Shown here one piece after another: positions 52,698-63,200 of a DNA stretch of 64,000 nucleotides. A program made the translations under genes and the position numbers. Source of the DNA: Nitrospirota bacterium. Lineage in GTDB: Bacteria > Nitrospirota > Nitrospiria > Nitrospirales > Nitrospiraceae. Position 1 is the stretch's first letter; each line of letters starts with the position of its first letter. A model generated the notes under the pieces. It saw nothing but the letters and a program-made list of their open reading frames with translations. It made no database searches and was not told the DNA's origin. The DNA lies in the NCBI GenBank assembly GCA_963701855.1, contig CAVPBK010000006.1, positions 1 through 64,000 on the forward strand. The letters are read 5' to 3'.

Positions 52698-53195
52698 ATG
52701 AACCGAGACCAGATACTGACCAGCCTCAGAGAAAGGATTCTCGCCTTCGCGACATTACGAGTATCGAGGGCACAGGCCGAGGATTTGGCTCAAGAGGTGC
52801 TGGCGGTCCTCCATGAGAAGTATGCGTGCGTCACAGAACTGACCGAGCTGGTTCCCCTGGCCTTTCAAGTCCTGCGATTCAAGATGCTGGATACCCATCG
52901 CAAGTCGCTCAGACGAGGTGAGTATAATCAGGCATCGGTCGATGACCTCCCGCTCGCCGATCCCAACGACGACCCGGCGACGCAACTCGACCAGAGACAG
53001 CGGGTAGACCGGTTACTGGCTGCCATGGCTCAGCTCGGCGAACGCTGCCGCGAACTCTTCAAGTGGAAGTTGGAAGGGAACAGCTTTCCAGAAATCCAGA
53101 AGCTCATGGGACAAACCTCGATCAATACGATCTACACCTGGGACCTACGCTGCCGAAAGCAGCTATTAGCCCTCATGGGCGGATCATGGGAATGA
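52698..53195 (+). CDS. ECF-type RNA polymerase sigma factor
   Basis: AEDLAQE region 2; LGERCRELF...SFPEI region 4. Confidence 0.85.
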   Translation: MNRDQILTSLRERILAFATLRVSRAQAEDLAQEVLAVLHEKYACVTELTELVPLAFQVLRFKMLDTHRKSLRRGEYNQASVDDLPLADPNDDPATQLDQRQRVDRLLAAMAQLGERCRELFKWKLEGNSFPEIQKLMGQTSINTIYTWDLRCRKQLLALMGGSWE

Positions 53196-53199
53196 AGTG

Positions 53200-53297
53200 G
53201 GGAGCGACAGGCAGACTGGCCCTTTGCTCGCAGAACGCGCACGATAAGACTGTGCTCGTTCGATGCGCGCAGTAGGCCCAATCTGCCTGCCGCTCCC
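53200..53297 (+). repeat. Family B hairpin repeat
   Basis: Same core inside a GGGAGCG.CAGGCAGA/TCTGCCTG.CGCTCCC stem. Confidence 0.85.
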
Positions 53298-53326
53298 GGG
53301 TGGAAGGGTACAAACGTAGAAGAACG

Positions 53327-54739
53327 ATGTCTGAACACGATCTCGAAAAACTACTGGGTGGATTCGCAGCCAATACGCTGACACCGGAGGAGAAACAGAC
53401 GCTCTATATCGCCGCGCTGCAAGACCAACAACTGTTCAATACGCTGGCAGATGAGCAGGCGTTGAAAGAGTTGCTCTCCGATCCAGACGTGCGTCGCAAA
53501 CTCCTGGCTTCATTGGAACAGAAGAGCGCCTCAGGCGCCGGCAGTTCTCTATCATGGCTGGATTGGTTCCGCCGTCCAGCAGGCCTGGCCCTCGCCGGAG
53601 GGCTTTCGGCAGCTGCCCTCGCAGTAGTGCTGGGCGTCAGAATTTATCAGGACAGCCTGAGATATGCGGCAGAATCGACCGCAACCGAAGACACAGAGCC
53701 CGCGCCTCCATCAGCTCCGATGCCTCAAGCCGTTGAGCCACAAGCGAAAACGAAAGAGAGCCTCGCTCCAGCGATCAACCGCCAGAAGAAGGACACGTTG
53801 ATCGACAAGCCAGCCCTACAGGAACAATCCATGCCGCCTCCTTCAAAGAACGAACGAGTTTCCGATGTTGCCCGAGACAGTCTGAAACAGCGAAGCCGGC
53901 AAGAAGAGGTCCGCAGCCAAGCCGAAACGCCCGTGGCTGCGCTCAGCAGGTCCGCGGAAGGAGTGACATCGTCTGCAGATCAAAAACCCGCAGCAAGCGC
54001 TGCACTACCAGCCACCACACCGGAGCCCGAGCAGATACAAACACCGGCCGCTGGGCGAGTCGCTGCCACCTTCACACCTGCGCTCGGCGCGCGGGCCCTG
54101 TTCTATGGAAAAGAACCAGGCCGAGCCGACACGCGCTCGATGGCCAAAGAGCAAGAGCAGGCCATCAAACCCCTGGCCGAGTCTGCGCCACAAGCGAACC
54201 AGCCCGAACGAAAACCGGAAAGGCTTTCACATCTGGGCAAAGCAGCGGGCACGATCGCTCAACTCAAACCTCTAGGACTCCGCTACAGCTTTGTGGTTCG
54301 GGAAATAGATGGGCAGGAGCGAGAAGTGGATACGGCGACGGCGTCGAAGAGTACACATCCGGTATTTCTCACAGCGGAAGCCAATCAGAACGCCCATCTG
54401 CAAGTTTGGAAAACGGTTGGCTCCTCAACGCCGCAACTGCTCTGGCCTGGGAAAGAAACTGGTCAAATCTCCCTGAAGCTGACCGCTGGTCAGCGTGAAC
54501 AGATTCCTCTGCAGAGGGAGGACGGACCCATCACCCTGACGGCTCGTCTCTCCCTAGTCCCGTTCGAACCAACCATGAAGCACGAAACCGCCATGTTCGA
54601 CCGGCTCTCTCCTAACCAACTCCAAGAATCTATCACCGCAAGCAATCGAACCGGCACACAAGAACACGCCACCTACGTCGTCAACCAAGATACTTCCAGC
54701 GGCGCACAGGTCACCATCAACATTACCCTCGGTCAGTAG
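53327..54739 (+). CDS. Putative anti-sigma factor (single TM)
   Basis: Follows the ECF sigma; N-terminal EKLLGGFAANTL; TM helix; long low-complexity periplasmic part. Confidence 0.65.
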   Translation: MSEHDLEKLLGGFAANTLTPEEKQTLYIAALQDQQLFNTLADEQALKELLSDPDVRRKLLASLEQKSASGAGSSLSWLDWFRRPAGLALAGGLSAAALAVVLGVRIYQDSLRYAAESTATEDTEPAPPSAPMPQAVEPQAKTKESLAPAINRQKKDTLIDKPALQEQSMPPPSKNERVSDVARDSLKQRSRQEEVRSQAETPVAALSRSAEGVTSSADQKPAASAALPATTPEPEQIQTPAAGRVAATFTPALGARALFYGKEPGRADTRSMAKEQEQAIKPLAESAPQANQPERKPERLSHLGKAAGTIAQLKPLGLRYSFVVREIDGQEREVDTATASKSTHPVFLTAEANQNAHLQVWKTVGSSTPQLLWPGKETGQISLKLTAGQREQIPLQREDGPITLTARLSLVPFEPTMKHETAMFDRLSPNQLQESITASNRTGTQEHATYVVNQDTSSGAQVTINITLGQ

Positions 54740-54760
54740 CCTCAAGCGTCAGGCAGGCTC

Positions 54761-55063
54761 CTAGCCTGGTAGCTTTGCCGCGAGGACATCGACTTTCTCG
54801 ATGGACGGCGGTTTAGCCAACAGCTCACCGGCCTTTGCCATAAGCGCCGCTGCAACCCGGCCCGTCAGATGGGCCTGACGGCCCGCCTCATCAGGGAAAG
54901 CGTCAAAGATGCCGAACGTGGATGGCCCCAAGCGGATCCCAAACCACGCCGTGGTGGCCGGCTCTGCCTGTACGATTGGAAGACCGGATAAAAGAAAATT
55001 TTCTACATCTTTCTCTTTCCCGGGCTTTGCTTCTAGACGAACGAACAACGCGACCTTGACCAT
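54761..55063 (-). CDS. ABM-family putative monooxygenase
   Basis: LEAKPGKE...FGIFDAFPDEAGRQAHL. Confidence 0.85.
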   Translation of the reverse strand: MVKVALFVRLEAKPGKEKDVENFLLSGLPIVQAEPATTAWFGIRLGPSTFGIFDAFPDEAGRQAHLTGRVAAALMAKAGELLAKPPSIEKVDVLAAKLPG

Positions 55064-55207
55064 GAGGTGCCTCCCCTTTACGCGGGACTTGCGAAAAACG
55101 CGCGACGGGTCGGAAGTTTCATCTCCTCGAGTCACGCCTGTCGCGCACGTTTAGCTTGTCTCGCTCATGAATAATTCTGGCTGGGCTTCCATATTTCTGC
55201 TCGCAAT

Positions 55208-55453
55208 TTACTCTCCACAGGCTTTTAGCTTCCGTTCTTCTATTGCCGCGAGTGACTCCTTTCGAATTTTCACATCCGACGCTTTCTCACCCTCAGGAGA
55301 GTGCACGTCCGTGTCGACTGCTTCTGCGTATAAACGGGCGGCCTCAACACATGCCTTACTGGGAGGCGATTTTGAGTCACATGCCGCAATAAAGATTGTG
55401 CAAGCGAGAGCAGCGGTAATAGGTATGACAAAACGTGTGGTCATTGTGTACAT
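55208..55453 (-). CDS. Small lipoprotein
   Basis: GGAGG RBS; lipobox IAAC. Confidence 0.6.
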   Translation of the reverse strand: MYTMTTRFVIPITAALACTIFIAACDSKSPPSKACVEAARLYAEAVDTDVHSPEGEKASDVKIRKESLAAIEERKLKACGE

Positions 55454-55648
55454 CCTCCAAATATTAGGCACCCAACCACTGCGTATACCGACCGCAATAG
55501 TACGCAAAGTAGGGTGAAAAATTCCACTGTGATTGTCGTGCCGATTCAAAGGCCCCTCAACACTATCCACACAGCCGGTTTGGCGTGCGATACGGGTCGG
55601 TGTACCGCTTTAAATTGAGGAGGGTATTCTGAATTCACGTCGACAGCC

Positions 55649-55857
55649 AGCCTGCATTACTCATGCAGGTTGGTCGCCCCCCACCCCATCCCTCCCCATA
55701 ATATGGGGAGGGATGAAGGAGGGGAGCGAGACGGGAACCCGGAACCGTAAAGCCCTGAGGCATACTCGTGCAGTATGTCGAAGGGCTGAACGGCGAGACT
55801 GCCCGTCGCAGCCGCGTATCCACGCTTGTAGCAGAAGCTTCACGAATATTGCGGGCT
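55649..55857. mobile_element. Family C MITE-like element with a nested hairpin
   Basis: AGCCTGCATTACTCATG...CACGAATATTGCGGGCT imperfect inverted ends; CATCCCTCCCCATA/TATGGGGAGGGATG hairpin inside. Confidence 0.7.
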
Positions 55858-55885
55858 AAAGCCCTCACGACCACCTCGCACAGCC

Positions 55886-56200
55886 CTATCGATCTTGGAT
55901 CCGTCCAATTTTACTTTCGATCGCCCGTTGTAGTTTGTCTGCGGCTTCAGTCACGGCGATCTCGATGGTCGCTGCCTCATGGCTCACCGCGAAAGGCTGG
56001 AGACCGGCCAGTCTGGCTTCGAGCAAACACCGTTTGTCGTCACCCTTTGATTTGTGACTGTTAGTGTCACTGAGGTGAGCCTCCACGCGGGTAATCCGGT
56101 CTCCAAACCGGCCAACAGCCCCCTCTACAGTGGACTGGACGAGGCTCACGACATCTTCACGCCCTGTAATGTTGTTGTCTGTATGAACCTGAATCTGCAT
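55886..56200 (-). CDS. HPF/RaiA (S30EA) family ribosome-associated protein
   Basis: MQIQVHTD...ITRVEAHLSD...DKRC. Confidence 0.85.
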   Translation of the reverse strand: MQIQVHTDNNITGREDVVSLVQSTVEGAVGRFGDRITRVEAHLSDTNSHKSKGDDKRCLLEARLAGLQPFAVSHEAATIEIAVTEAADKLQRAIESKIGRIQDR

Positions 56201-56365
56201 CAATCCACCCTCCTCGTAGCGACCATTCACTCTATAGACCGGAACCTAACGACAAGCCTGAGAAATGTCAATCGGATGAACGCAGAGGGTCCAGACTCCG
56301 ATGTTTCCTTCCATGGCTATGGCTTTTGCGCCTATAGTTCAAATGGCACTACCAGTCGGCTGTCA

Positions 56366-56968
56366 TCACTTAGTCTTCTTAGCTACAAGATAGACATGAT
56401 TCTCCGGGTATTGATCATATTCAACATGTTGAATGGCGCAGCCAAAACGCCAGAGGAGCTGGACAAAATCTGGAACCCCTAGCGAGCTATATTCAAATCG
56501 CTTTCCGCCAAATTCGCCTTGAACTCTCCCCCGTTCTTCACCGCCACCACAGGAAAACAGGATCACCCCGTTCTTGGACAGCCCGTCACATAACTTCAGC
56601 AGGACCGGTTCATGACTTTCCAGTGGAAGGTGGAACGTGCTGTCCCAGGCCGTGATCAAATCGTACTTGCGTGGAAGCTGCCATGTGCACATATCGCCCA
56701 CCAAAAAATCAGCGTCTGGATATCGTGTACTCGCTAAGGCGACCATCGCATCCGAGATATCCAGCCCGGTGCAGTGGAACCCGCGCTCCTGAAGAATTCT
56801 TATAAATCGCCCTTCACACCCACAGCCAACATCCAGTGCATGACGGCGGTTCTCCACAAATGTGAGCGCGCGCTCAAGAGCCGCGACTCCGTACGTCGAC
56901 TCCTTCATTTGCTCGAGCCACCACGACGCCATCGCATCGTAGTTCTTTCCGGTTTCTTCTGGATTCAT
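56366..56968 (-). CDS. Class I SAM-dependent methyltransferase
   Basis: LDVGCG, GLDISDAM and AWDSTFH. Confidence 0.88.
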   Translation of the reverse strand: MNPEETGKNYDAMASWWLEQMKESTYGVAALERALTFVENRRHALDVGCGCEGRFIRILQERGFHCTGLDISDAMVALASTRYPDADFLVGDMCTWQLPRKYDLITAWDSTFHLPLESHEPVLLKLCDGLSKNGVILFSCGGGEERGRVQGEFGGKRFEYSSLGVPDFVQLLWRFGCAIQHVEYDQYPENHVYLVAKKTK

Positions 56969-57061
56969 CTATCTATCGTATTGAATCAAACGAGGTAGTC
57001 CGCAAAGAAACAATTAAAAGGGTCTAAGAAAGCCTTTTTCTCTCCCTTATTTGCAGAATCG

Positions 57062-57358
57062 TCAATTACGGTTCTTCCACATGTCAGGTTCTCGGTGCAG
57101 ATGCAGAACAGCCAGAACGTTGATGTCCTCCGACGTTGCGAGGAAATACACGCCATAAGGAAAATGGCGAAGGAGGGCTCGGTGAATGTCTCCTTCCACA
57201 CGCGGGAATTGTCGAGGATTGTCCGTGATACGTTGAAACACCACATCGAGTTCGTCAAGGAACCGCGAACCTAAGCCGGACCGCTGATCCTCATACCACA
57301 CGGTGGCTGCTTGGATGTCGAGGTCAGACTGAGGGAGGACAACGAGTTGCCATGCCAT
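57062..57358 (-). CDS. ParE/RelE family toxin
   Basis: WYEDQRSGLGSRF...FPYGVYF...LAVLHLHREP. Confidence 0.88.
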   Translation of the reverse strand: MAWQLVVLPQSDLDIQAATVWYEDQRSGLGSRFLDELDVVFQRITDNPRQFPRVEGDIHRALLRHFPYGVYFLATSEDINVLAVLHLHREPDMWKNRN

Positions 57359-57366
57359 TCGTCAGA

Positions 57367-57606
57367 TCAACGATCTCGCAACTTGCGCTCGATGTCTGTG
57401 CGGACATCTGTCCAGAGTCGGCCGGCGCTGGGGTTCGCATTGTATGCCGCCAAGCGCTCGCGAATGATCTGTCGGTGCCACTCGGGCACAGGAACTTGCT
57501 CAGCGGTCGCCGCAATCCGGTCCCAGAGAGATTGCACGAAGTCGATCTGCTCATCGACTGAGAGATCGTCGAACCCTGGAGGAGGAATGGGGACCATCTT
57601 GGACAT
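57367..57606 (-). CDS. Addiction module antitoxin
   Basis: LSVDEQIDFVQSLWDRI...PEWHRQIIRERL; upstream of the toxin. Confidence 0.85.
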   Translation of the reverse strand: MSKMVPIPPPGFDDLSVDEQIDFVQSLWDRIAATAEQVPVPEWHRQIIRERLAAYNANPSAGRLWTDVRTDIERKLRDR

Positions 57607-57897
57607 GGAGAGAACTCCTACGATCGGAAGTATATCGTAAACGGACGGTTAAGAAAACCTGACAAAGTCAGCCCCGATAGTGGCAATCAATAGTTTCTGG
57701 AACCTTTTTCGGCTCGATTCATCTGATGATCTCAATTCCGCTGCGGGCCGGACGCCTTACATGTCAGAAAAACCAGAATGTCCCCGTTTTTTCGTCCAAC
57801 GTTCCTTCTACGCTTGCTCCTTACCGCCTAGCACGGGAAGCTGCTCAGTCTCCCACTGCGCTTGTTTGGCAAGACTCAACTCTTTCACCTGCACTCA

Positions 57898-58168
57898 GCG
57901 AGGTGGCTGGTGTGGTCTCCACTGCGCGCATCGAGCGACCACCGCTTTATCGTGGGGGCTCTGCGAGCAAAGAGACCATACCAGCCACCTCGCCACCCTC
58001 TTCCCAGACCGCGCGTTGCACGAGCACAGGAAACTACCAGCTTGCTTTATCGATCCCATCCACCTCTCCTAGGGGAGTGGGCAGATTGTCCTTCACTGCG
58101 CGCATTGGACGAGCACAGTTTCATCGTGCGCGTTCTGCGAGCAAGAAGGACGGCCTGCCCACTCCCCT
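57898..58168 (-). repeat. Two family B hairpins plus a fragment
   Basis: Stems at 57898-57993 and 58071-58168 enclose the inverted core. Confidence 0.85.
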
Positions 58169-58257
58169 CATCGCTGAAACGACAACGGCGAGGCGTGGGA
58201 TACCCACGCCTCGCCGTATCTACACTCGACGCCAGCCAGGCGGCTGACGCTGTTGCC

Positions 58258-58467
58258 CTAACAGGGTGCTGAAAAAGTCCGCCAGCGGCGTTCTCGCATC
58301 GTTCAGACCCTCAACGTACCTCAGAGGGTACGCCTCGGCCCTTCACTCGTTGCAGCCTTGCTGGACGGCCATTTTGAGCGCCCTGCAAAAACGCTCTTCT
58401 GCTTTGCTAACCATGCAGGCTATTGAAGTTCTGACATCCGTAATTGTTTTTCCCCGCTGCCTGCTAA
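58258..58467 (+). mobile_element. Family A composite MITE with CTAA on both flanks
   Basis: CTAA-CAGGGTGCTGAAAAAG...TTTTGAGCGCCCTG...TTTTTCCCCGCTGCCTG-CTAA. Confidence 0.85.
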
Positions 58468-59471
58468 CTTCGGATTGAAAGAGATATCGACGTCTGGCTC
58501 AACGCCTGATACGCAAAAGCCACGTTGGTGCTCATAGTCGCCGGTGCCTGCACCTGGGTTGCGGGCTGATCCTGATCGTGCTCCCGCTCACCTTGCAATT
58601 CCTTCCCCAGATCCTCTCGGAGCTTCTCAAAGAAGTCCGGCAGATACTTCTGAACCTTGTGCAACGCCACCTTTGATTCCTTTAGCGCATCCAACACTTG
58701 CTGAACTAGCGACGCAGGCCGCTGCATCTCCTGCGCAGGGGCACTGAGGTGTGTGATGTCAGCTGAACTCGCAACAGGCCCTGCGGACGATAACGGGGTG
58801 GGCGCCGTGGTACCAGTGGACGGTTGCGGGATCGCCGCAGCCGCCGAAGGCGCCCCACCCGGGGTAGCTGTTTGAGATGTCGTGGCAGAAGTCTGTGGCT
58901 GTTGGCTCGCCGGCAACATGGGAGGACCGGTCAACTCAGAGGCAACCTGTGCAGCGAGAACCGTGACGGACTGTTCCACATCCACACTGAGGTTCAGGTC
59001 TGAGAGAGATGCCAGCGGTCCAAACCGCTCGGCCAGCTTCGCAGTCTTGGCCAGAGCCGCGTCATCCTGTCCGTTCAAGTACTTCTGGAAGATGTTGGCG
59101 ATTTTCCTGAACAGCTTCGCCAGATCCTTAACCTCTTCTTCGTTCAGATCGCCTTCGACCGTCACGCCGAACTCTTGTTTCAGTGAATACTCGGCATACT
59201 TCGCTTCAACATCCACCGTCTTGCCATCGCCTTCGACATGGGACTTGTAGTTCACGGCGCGGAAATCGGATTCAAGATCCGCCGAGAGGGTGATGGTATC
59301 CCCTTCCGCCGTCGTCACACTCAATCGACCGGAGAAGTCGTTGGAGACTGCGACCCCGCTGACCTTGGTATCCAATCGCTGGATTCCCGTGCCATTCGTA
59401 GAGGGCAGGTTAAAGAATTGCTTGGGATCGACTTGAGTCAGACTTTGGACGGACATGAGGTGTTTCCTCAA
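58464..59471 (-). CDS. Hypothetical protein with a low-complexity linker
   Basis: 335-aa ORF; LSVTTAEGDTITLS and VEGDLNEEE patterns. Confidence 0.7.
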   Translation of the reverse strand: MRKHLMSVQSLTQVDPKQFFNLPSTNGTGIQRLDTKVSGVAVSNDFSGRLSVTTAEGDTITLSADLESDFRAVNYKSHVEGDGKTVDVEAKYAEYSLKQEFGVTVEGDLNEEEVKDLAKLFRKIANIFQKYLNGQDDAALAKTAKLAERFGPLASLSDLNLSVDVEQSVTVLAAQVASELTGPPMLPASQQPQTSATTSQTATPGGAPSAAAAIPQPSTGTTAPTPLSSAGPVASSADITHLSAPAQEMQRPASLVQQVLDALKESKVALHKVQKYLPDFFEKLREDLGKELQGEREHDQDQPATQVQAPATMSTNVAFAYQALSQTSISLSIRS

Positions 59472-59534
59472 TTATTAGGCTTGTTGCAACGTACCGCGTA
59501 GCTCTCCTATCGGCACACATTTGGCTGAACTTAA

Positions 59535-59797
59535 ACCCGCATTATTCACGAGGGTTCGTGACGAAACCGCCAAGACGCCAAGCGAGATGGGCGCGCGGAG
59601 CCGTGAGGGAGGGAGGCATACTTGAAACAGTATGTTGACCGACCGAGCGGCGAGCCCGCCCGCCGTCAGGTGCGTCGCCACCGCGCTTGCGAGGTCGAGC
59701 GCCCTTTGTATGATCCTGGCGCGAAGAAAGAATACTGCAATGAATTCTGATTTTCGTATCGGCGGTTGCAGTAGAAGCCTTCGTGAATGATGCGGGT
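59535..59797. mobile_element. Family C MITE-like element
   Basis: ACCCGCATTATTCACGA...TCGTGAATGATGCGGGT inverted ends. Confidence 0.8.
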
Positions 59798-59868
59798 GAG
59801 TACGGTTGTGATATAGTGGAGCCACCGATGAAGGAAGCCGTTCCCTTCCACACCGAGGAGGTACATAA

Positions 59869-60276
59869 ATGAAACAAGTCTCTGTTTGGACCATATTACC
59901 GGCGCTCCTGTTATTGGCGTCAGGCTGCACACTCAAGGCCACGATCAAAGAGACCACGGATACCACCTCCAACGTGACAGGCACGACCTCCGGCCGCACC
60001 TGGTTCACCGAAGACGGTCTTTTGCAACCCGACTTCAAAGTCACGGCCTTCGTCGCATTGAATGCGGAGAATCTCCGCCATGACATGGCCAGGGGGCAAG
60101 GTGAATATCTCTCCTCTGTCGGCAGTTTGCTGAACGTGCCGGCAAATCGGCAACCCGAGTTCTTCGCCTTGATTCAAGCACGCTACCCAGCGTTCGCCGC
60201 CATGGACTTCACGGCAACACAGCAAGTCGTCGCTACTCTGCGCGACGTATCCACCCCCTTGGCGTCTGAACAATAG
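59869..60276 (+). CDS. DUF3015-like lipoprotein
   Basis: GAGGAGG RBS; lipobox ASGC; DMARGQGEYLSSVGSLL. Confidence 0.75.
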   Translation: MKQVSVWTILPALLLLASGCTLKATIKETTDTTSNVTGTTSGRTWFTEDGLLQPDFKVTAFVALNAENLRHDMARGQGEYLSSVGSLLNVPANRQPEFFALIQARYPAFAAMDFTATQQVVATLRDVSTPLASEQ

Positions 60277-60280
60277 CCGC

Positions 60281-63200
60281 CTATTTCGAACGAGCCACGG
60301 CGGGGAGGTTGGCACGAAGGTCACCCTCCCCGCTTCTCGAATCCCGTCCGATCATAGACCGCACCACCGCCCCATCGCGAAACACCACGAAATTCGACGG
60401 CACCGCAGGCACGCGCGGACCCGGCAAGATGACTCCTGCGAGATTCAACGGATCGCTGGCAGACAGTTTGATGTCGTGAGAGGCAGCACCCAACGCGTTC
60501 CGTTTTCTCGCCGCCCGTAATGATTCGACGGCTTCCGGCAACGCGAATTGCTCCCCTGTAAAGCCGCTCACAAACCTCCCCCCACGGATCTCACCTTGCA
60601 ACTCCATCCGACGATACTGCACCAGCAGATCGCGCCAGGACTGAACCAGAGACTCACGTGCCAGCAGATCACGGAAGACGACTCCGTAACGACGCAACAA
60701 TTGGCGCGCGACGGGCTCAGCAGGGAAGTGCTGAGTACTGAGTGCTGAGAGCGGACGGTCAATGACATTTCGGAGCAGCGACCAACGGCCGGCGGCATGG
60801 CGAGGCCGGCGCGACCGCTCTCGTCCTTCCGCACGGCGGCGACGCGGGTCCATGAGGGCACGGAGATTGTCGAAACCGTCGGCCGTAACCAAGCCGGCGG
60901 CCACGAGTTCCCAGAGTCCTTCTTCTACTTCTGTCGGAAGATGGCTGGTCATCCGCACGAGGTCGGCAAAGAAGCTCGCACCTCGCTCGTGTAAGGCACG
61001 ACGCAGGTCTTGCGCCACGGAACTCAACTGGGCAAACGGGTCAGGCCCATGCGGTGTTGCGTCATCGTGGAAAACAGCCCTCAACCATTCGCTCTCTTCT
61101 CGTGGAAAGATACTAATTGGGGCCACACTCGTCGGGATAATCCGGCGTCGTTCAAGCTCGCCACCGTGCGCAAGCCGTGGATGAGGAGACAGCCTGCCCC
61201 AGCTGACTGCCCCGCTCAGACAGAGTCGGTCCAAAAACTCCGGTTCATACTTTGCCAGCCTCGCCCGGAGCAGATGCGGCTCCCAGGCCGAGGCGGCCGC
61301 TTCAAAACCGGCCAGTTGCGCGACGACGTCCAAGAGACCGGCCTCGCCATGCAGACGCGACCCAGGTGAAACATGTTGCCATTGAAATAAAAATTGCATG
61401 AACTCGGCCGCAGTCACCGGCTCAACGTCTTTTCGCAGTCTGCCAATGGTCAGGCGATGAATCCGCGCCAGCAGTCGACGGTGGCAAAATTCGGGCGCTC
61501 CAGCGCCCGACAGTGCTGAGTGCTGAGTTCTGAGTGCTGAGTTAGGTCGAAAACTGGCCACGGAGGATTTGACCTGATGCTTCGAGGCGAATTAATGATT
61601 GATCAATCGCCTGAGTCGGACAATGCAATCGCGTCGCGAGTTCGATCGCCGTCGTCGGCCCGATGCTTTCCATCCAGCCAAGCACAACGGCATCGAGCGT
61701 CGTATCATCGCCAGACACAAACATCGATTGAATTTGGACCCGATGCTCCGTCGCCACCCATCCTCGTACTTCTTGCGCCTCACCTCTCACGTTGAGTTCA
61801 ACCGCACGCCCCTCCTCGATCAAGGGCGGCAGGTGGATCGCCCAGTCCTGTACTTCCTCGACCGGCAGCCAGAGCAACGTCAGCAAGGCATCGTGCAATT
61901 CATCCGGATCGCGCACGACGGGCCAGGACTCCCTCAGCACTTCCTCAATCGCTGCTGGGTCCAGCGCCCCGACCTCGCCGGCCAATTGAGCCGGAAGCGT
62001 ACGCCGCATCTCCACCGCCCGCGCCCGCCGCTCTTCCAACGGCGCATCGTCGAGAAACGCATAGGGGTTGGCATTCAAGATCTCGTGCGAGAACGGAGAC
62101 GGCATCGGCGTATCGACCGCCACACAGCTGATGGCCCCAGCTTCAATCCGCTTGAGGAGCGCGGTCAGCCCATCGAGATCCATCGCCTCGGTGAAACAGT
62201 CCCTCAACGTCTCATTCACGAGCGGATGATCCGGAATCTGGCGAGTCCGTTCGCCGACAATATTGTCCTGACAGGCCATCGCGTCAGGGAAGACGGCGCC
62301 AAGCAGATCCTCCGCCTTCATCCGTTGAATCTGTGGGGGAACCTTTTTGCCATGAGAGAATCGCAGCAAGACCAACGAACGGCTGACATTCCAGCGCCAG
62401 CGCGTCATAAACATCGGGGCCTGGAGCACGGCGGGAAGCAAGACCTCACGAAGCGTATGGCTGTGCAAGAACCCGAACACCGAATCGAGCGGGAAACTGT
62501 GCTTCTCGCCCAGCGAAATCACGATCCCGTTGTCGGTCGCCGCAGCCTGCAGTTCGAAATCGAAGGTCACGCAGAACCTCTTCCGCAAGGCGAGGCCCCA
62601 GGCCCGGTTGATCCGCCCCCCGAACGGCGTATGCAAGACCAGTTGCATCCCGCCGCTTTCATCGAAGAACCGTTCTGCGACGATTGTCTCCTGCGTCGGC
62701 AGGGTTCCCAGAACCGCGATACCGGCGGCGATGTAGGCGACAGCTTGCTCCGCGCCACGTTGATCCAGCGCGCATTCACTTTTGAGCCAGCTGATCGCTG
62801 ATCGCTGATGGCTGATAGACGGATCAGAAGAAGATAACCGCTCGGCAATCGCTTGCCGCAATGTTGCCACCTCCAGAGAGAGTTCCGCCGTGCGCGACGG
62901 AGCTTCGCCACGCCAGAAGGGAATGTTGGGTGGTGCGCCATGAGCGTCTTCCACCCGCACCTTGCCCATCTCTACGCCCTTAATCCGCCAGGAAGTATTC
63001 CCCAGCAACATGATGTCGCCGGCCAGACTCTCTACCGCAAAGTCTTCGTCGACCGATCCCACGACCGTGCCTTCAGGCTCTGCGACCACGGCATAGTTCG
63101 CTGTGTCTGGGATGGCCCCACCGGACGTGATCGCCGCCAGTCGCGCCCCTCGCCGACCTTTGATCCGACGATTGATCCGATCGTGATGCAGATAGGCCAG

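Noticed and set aside
61542..61561. Programmed frameshift or two-gene Lhr
   Set aside because: One extra base in a homopolymer restores GQFRP; an assembly error is simpler.
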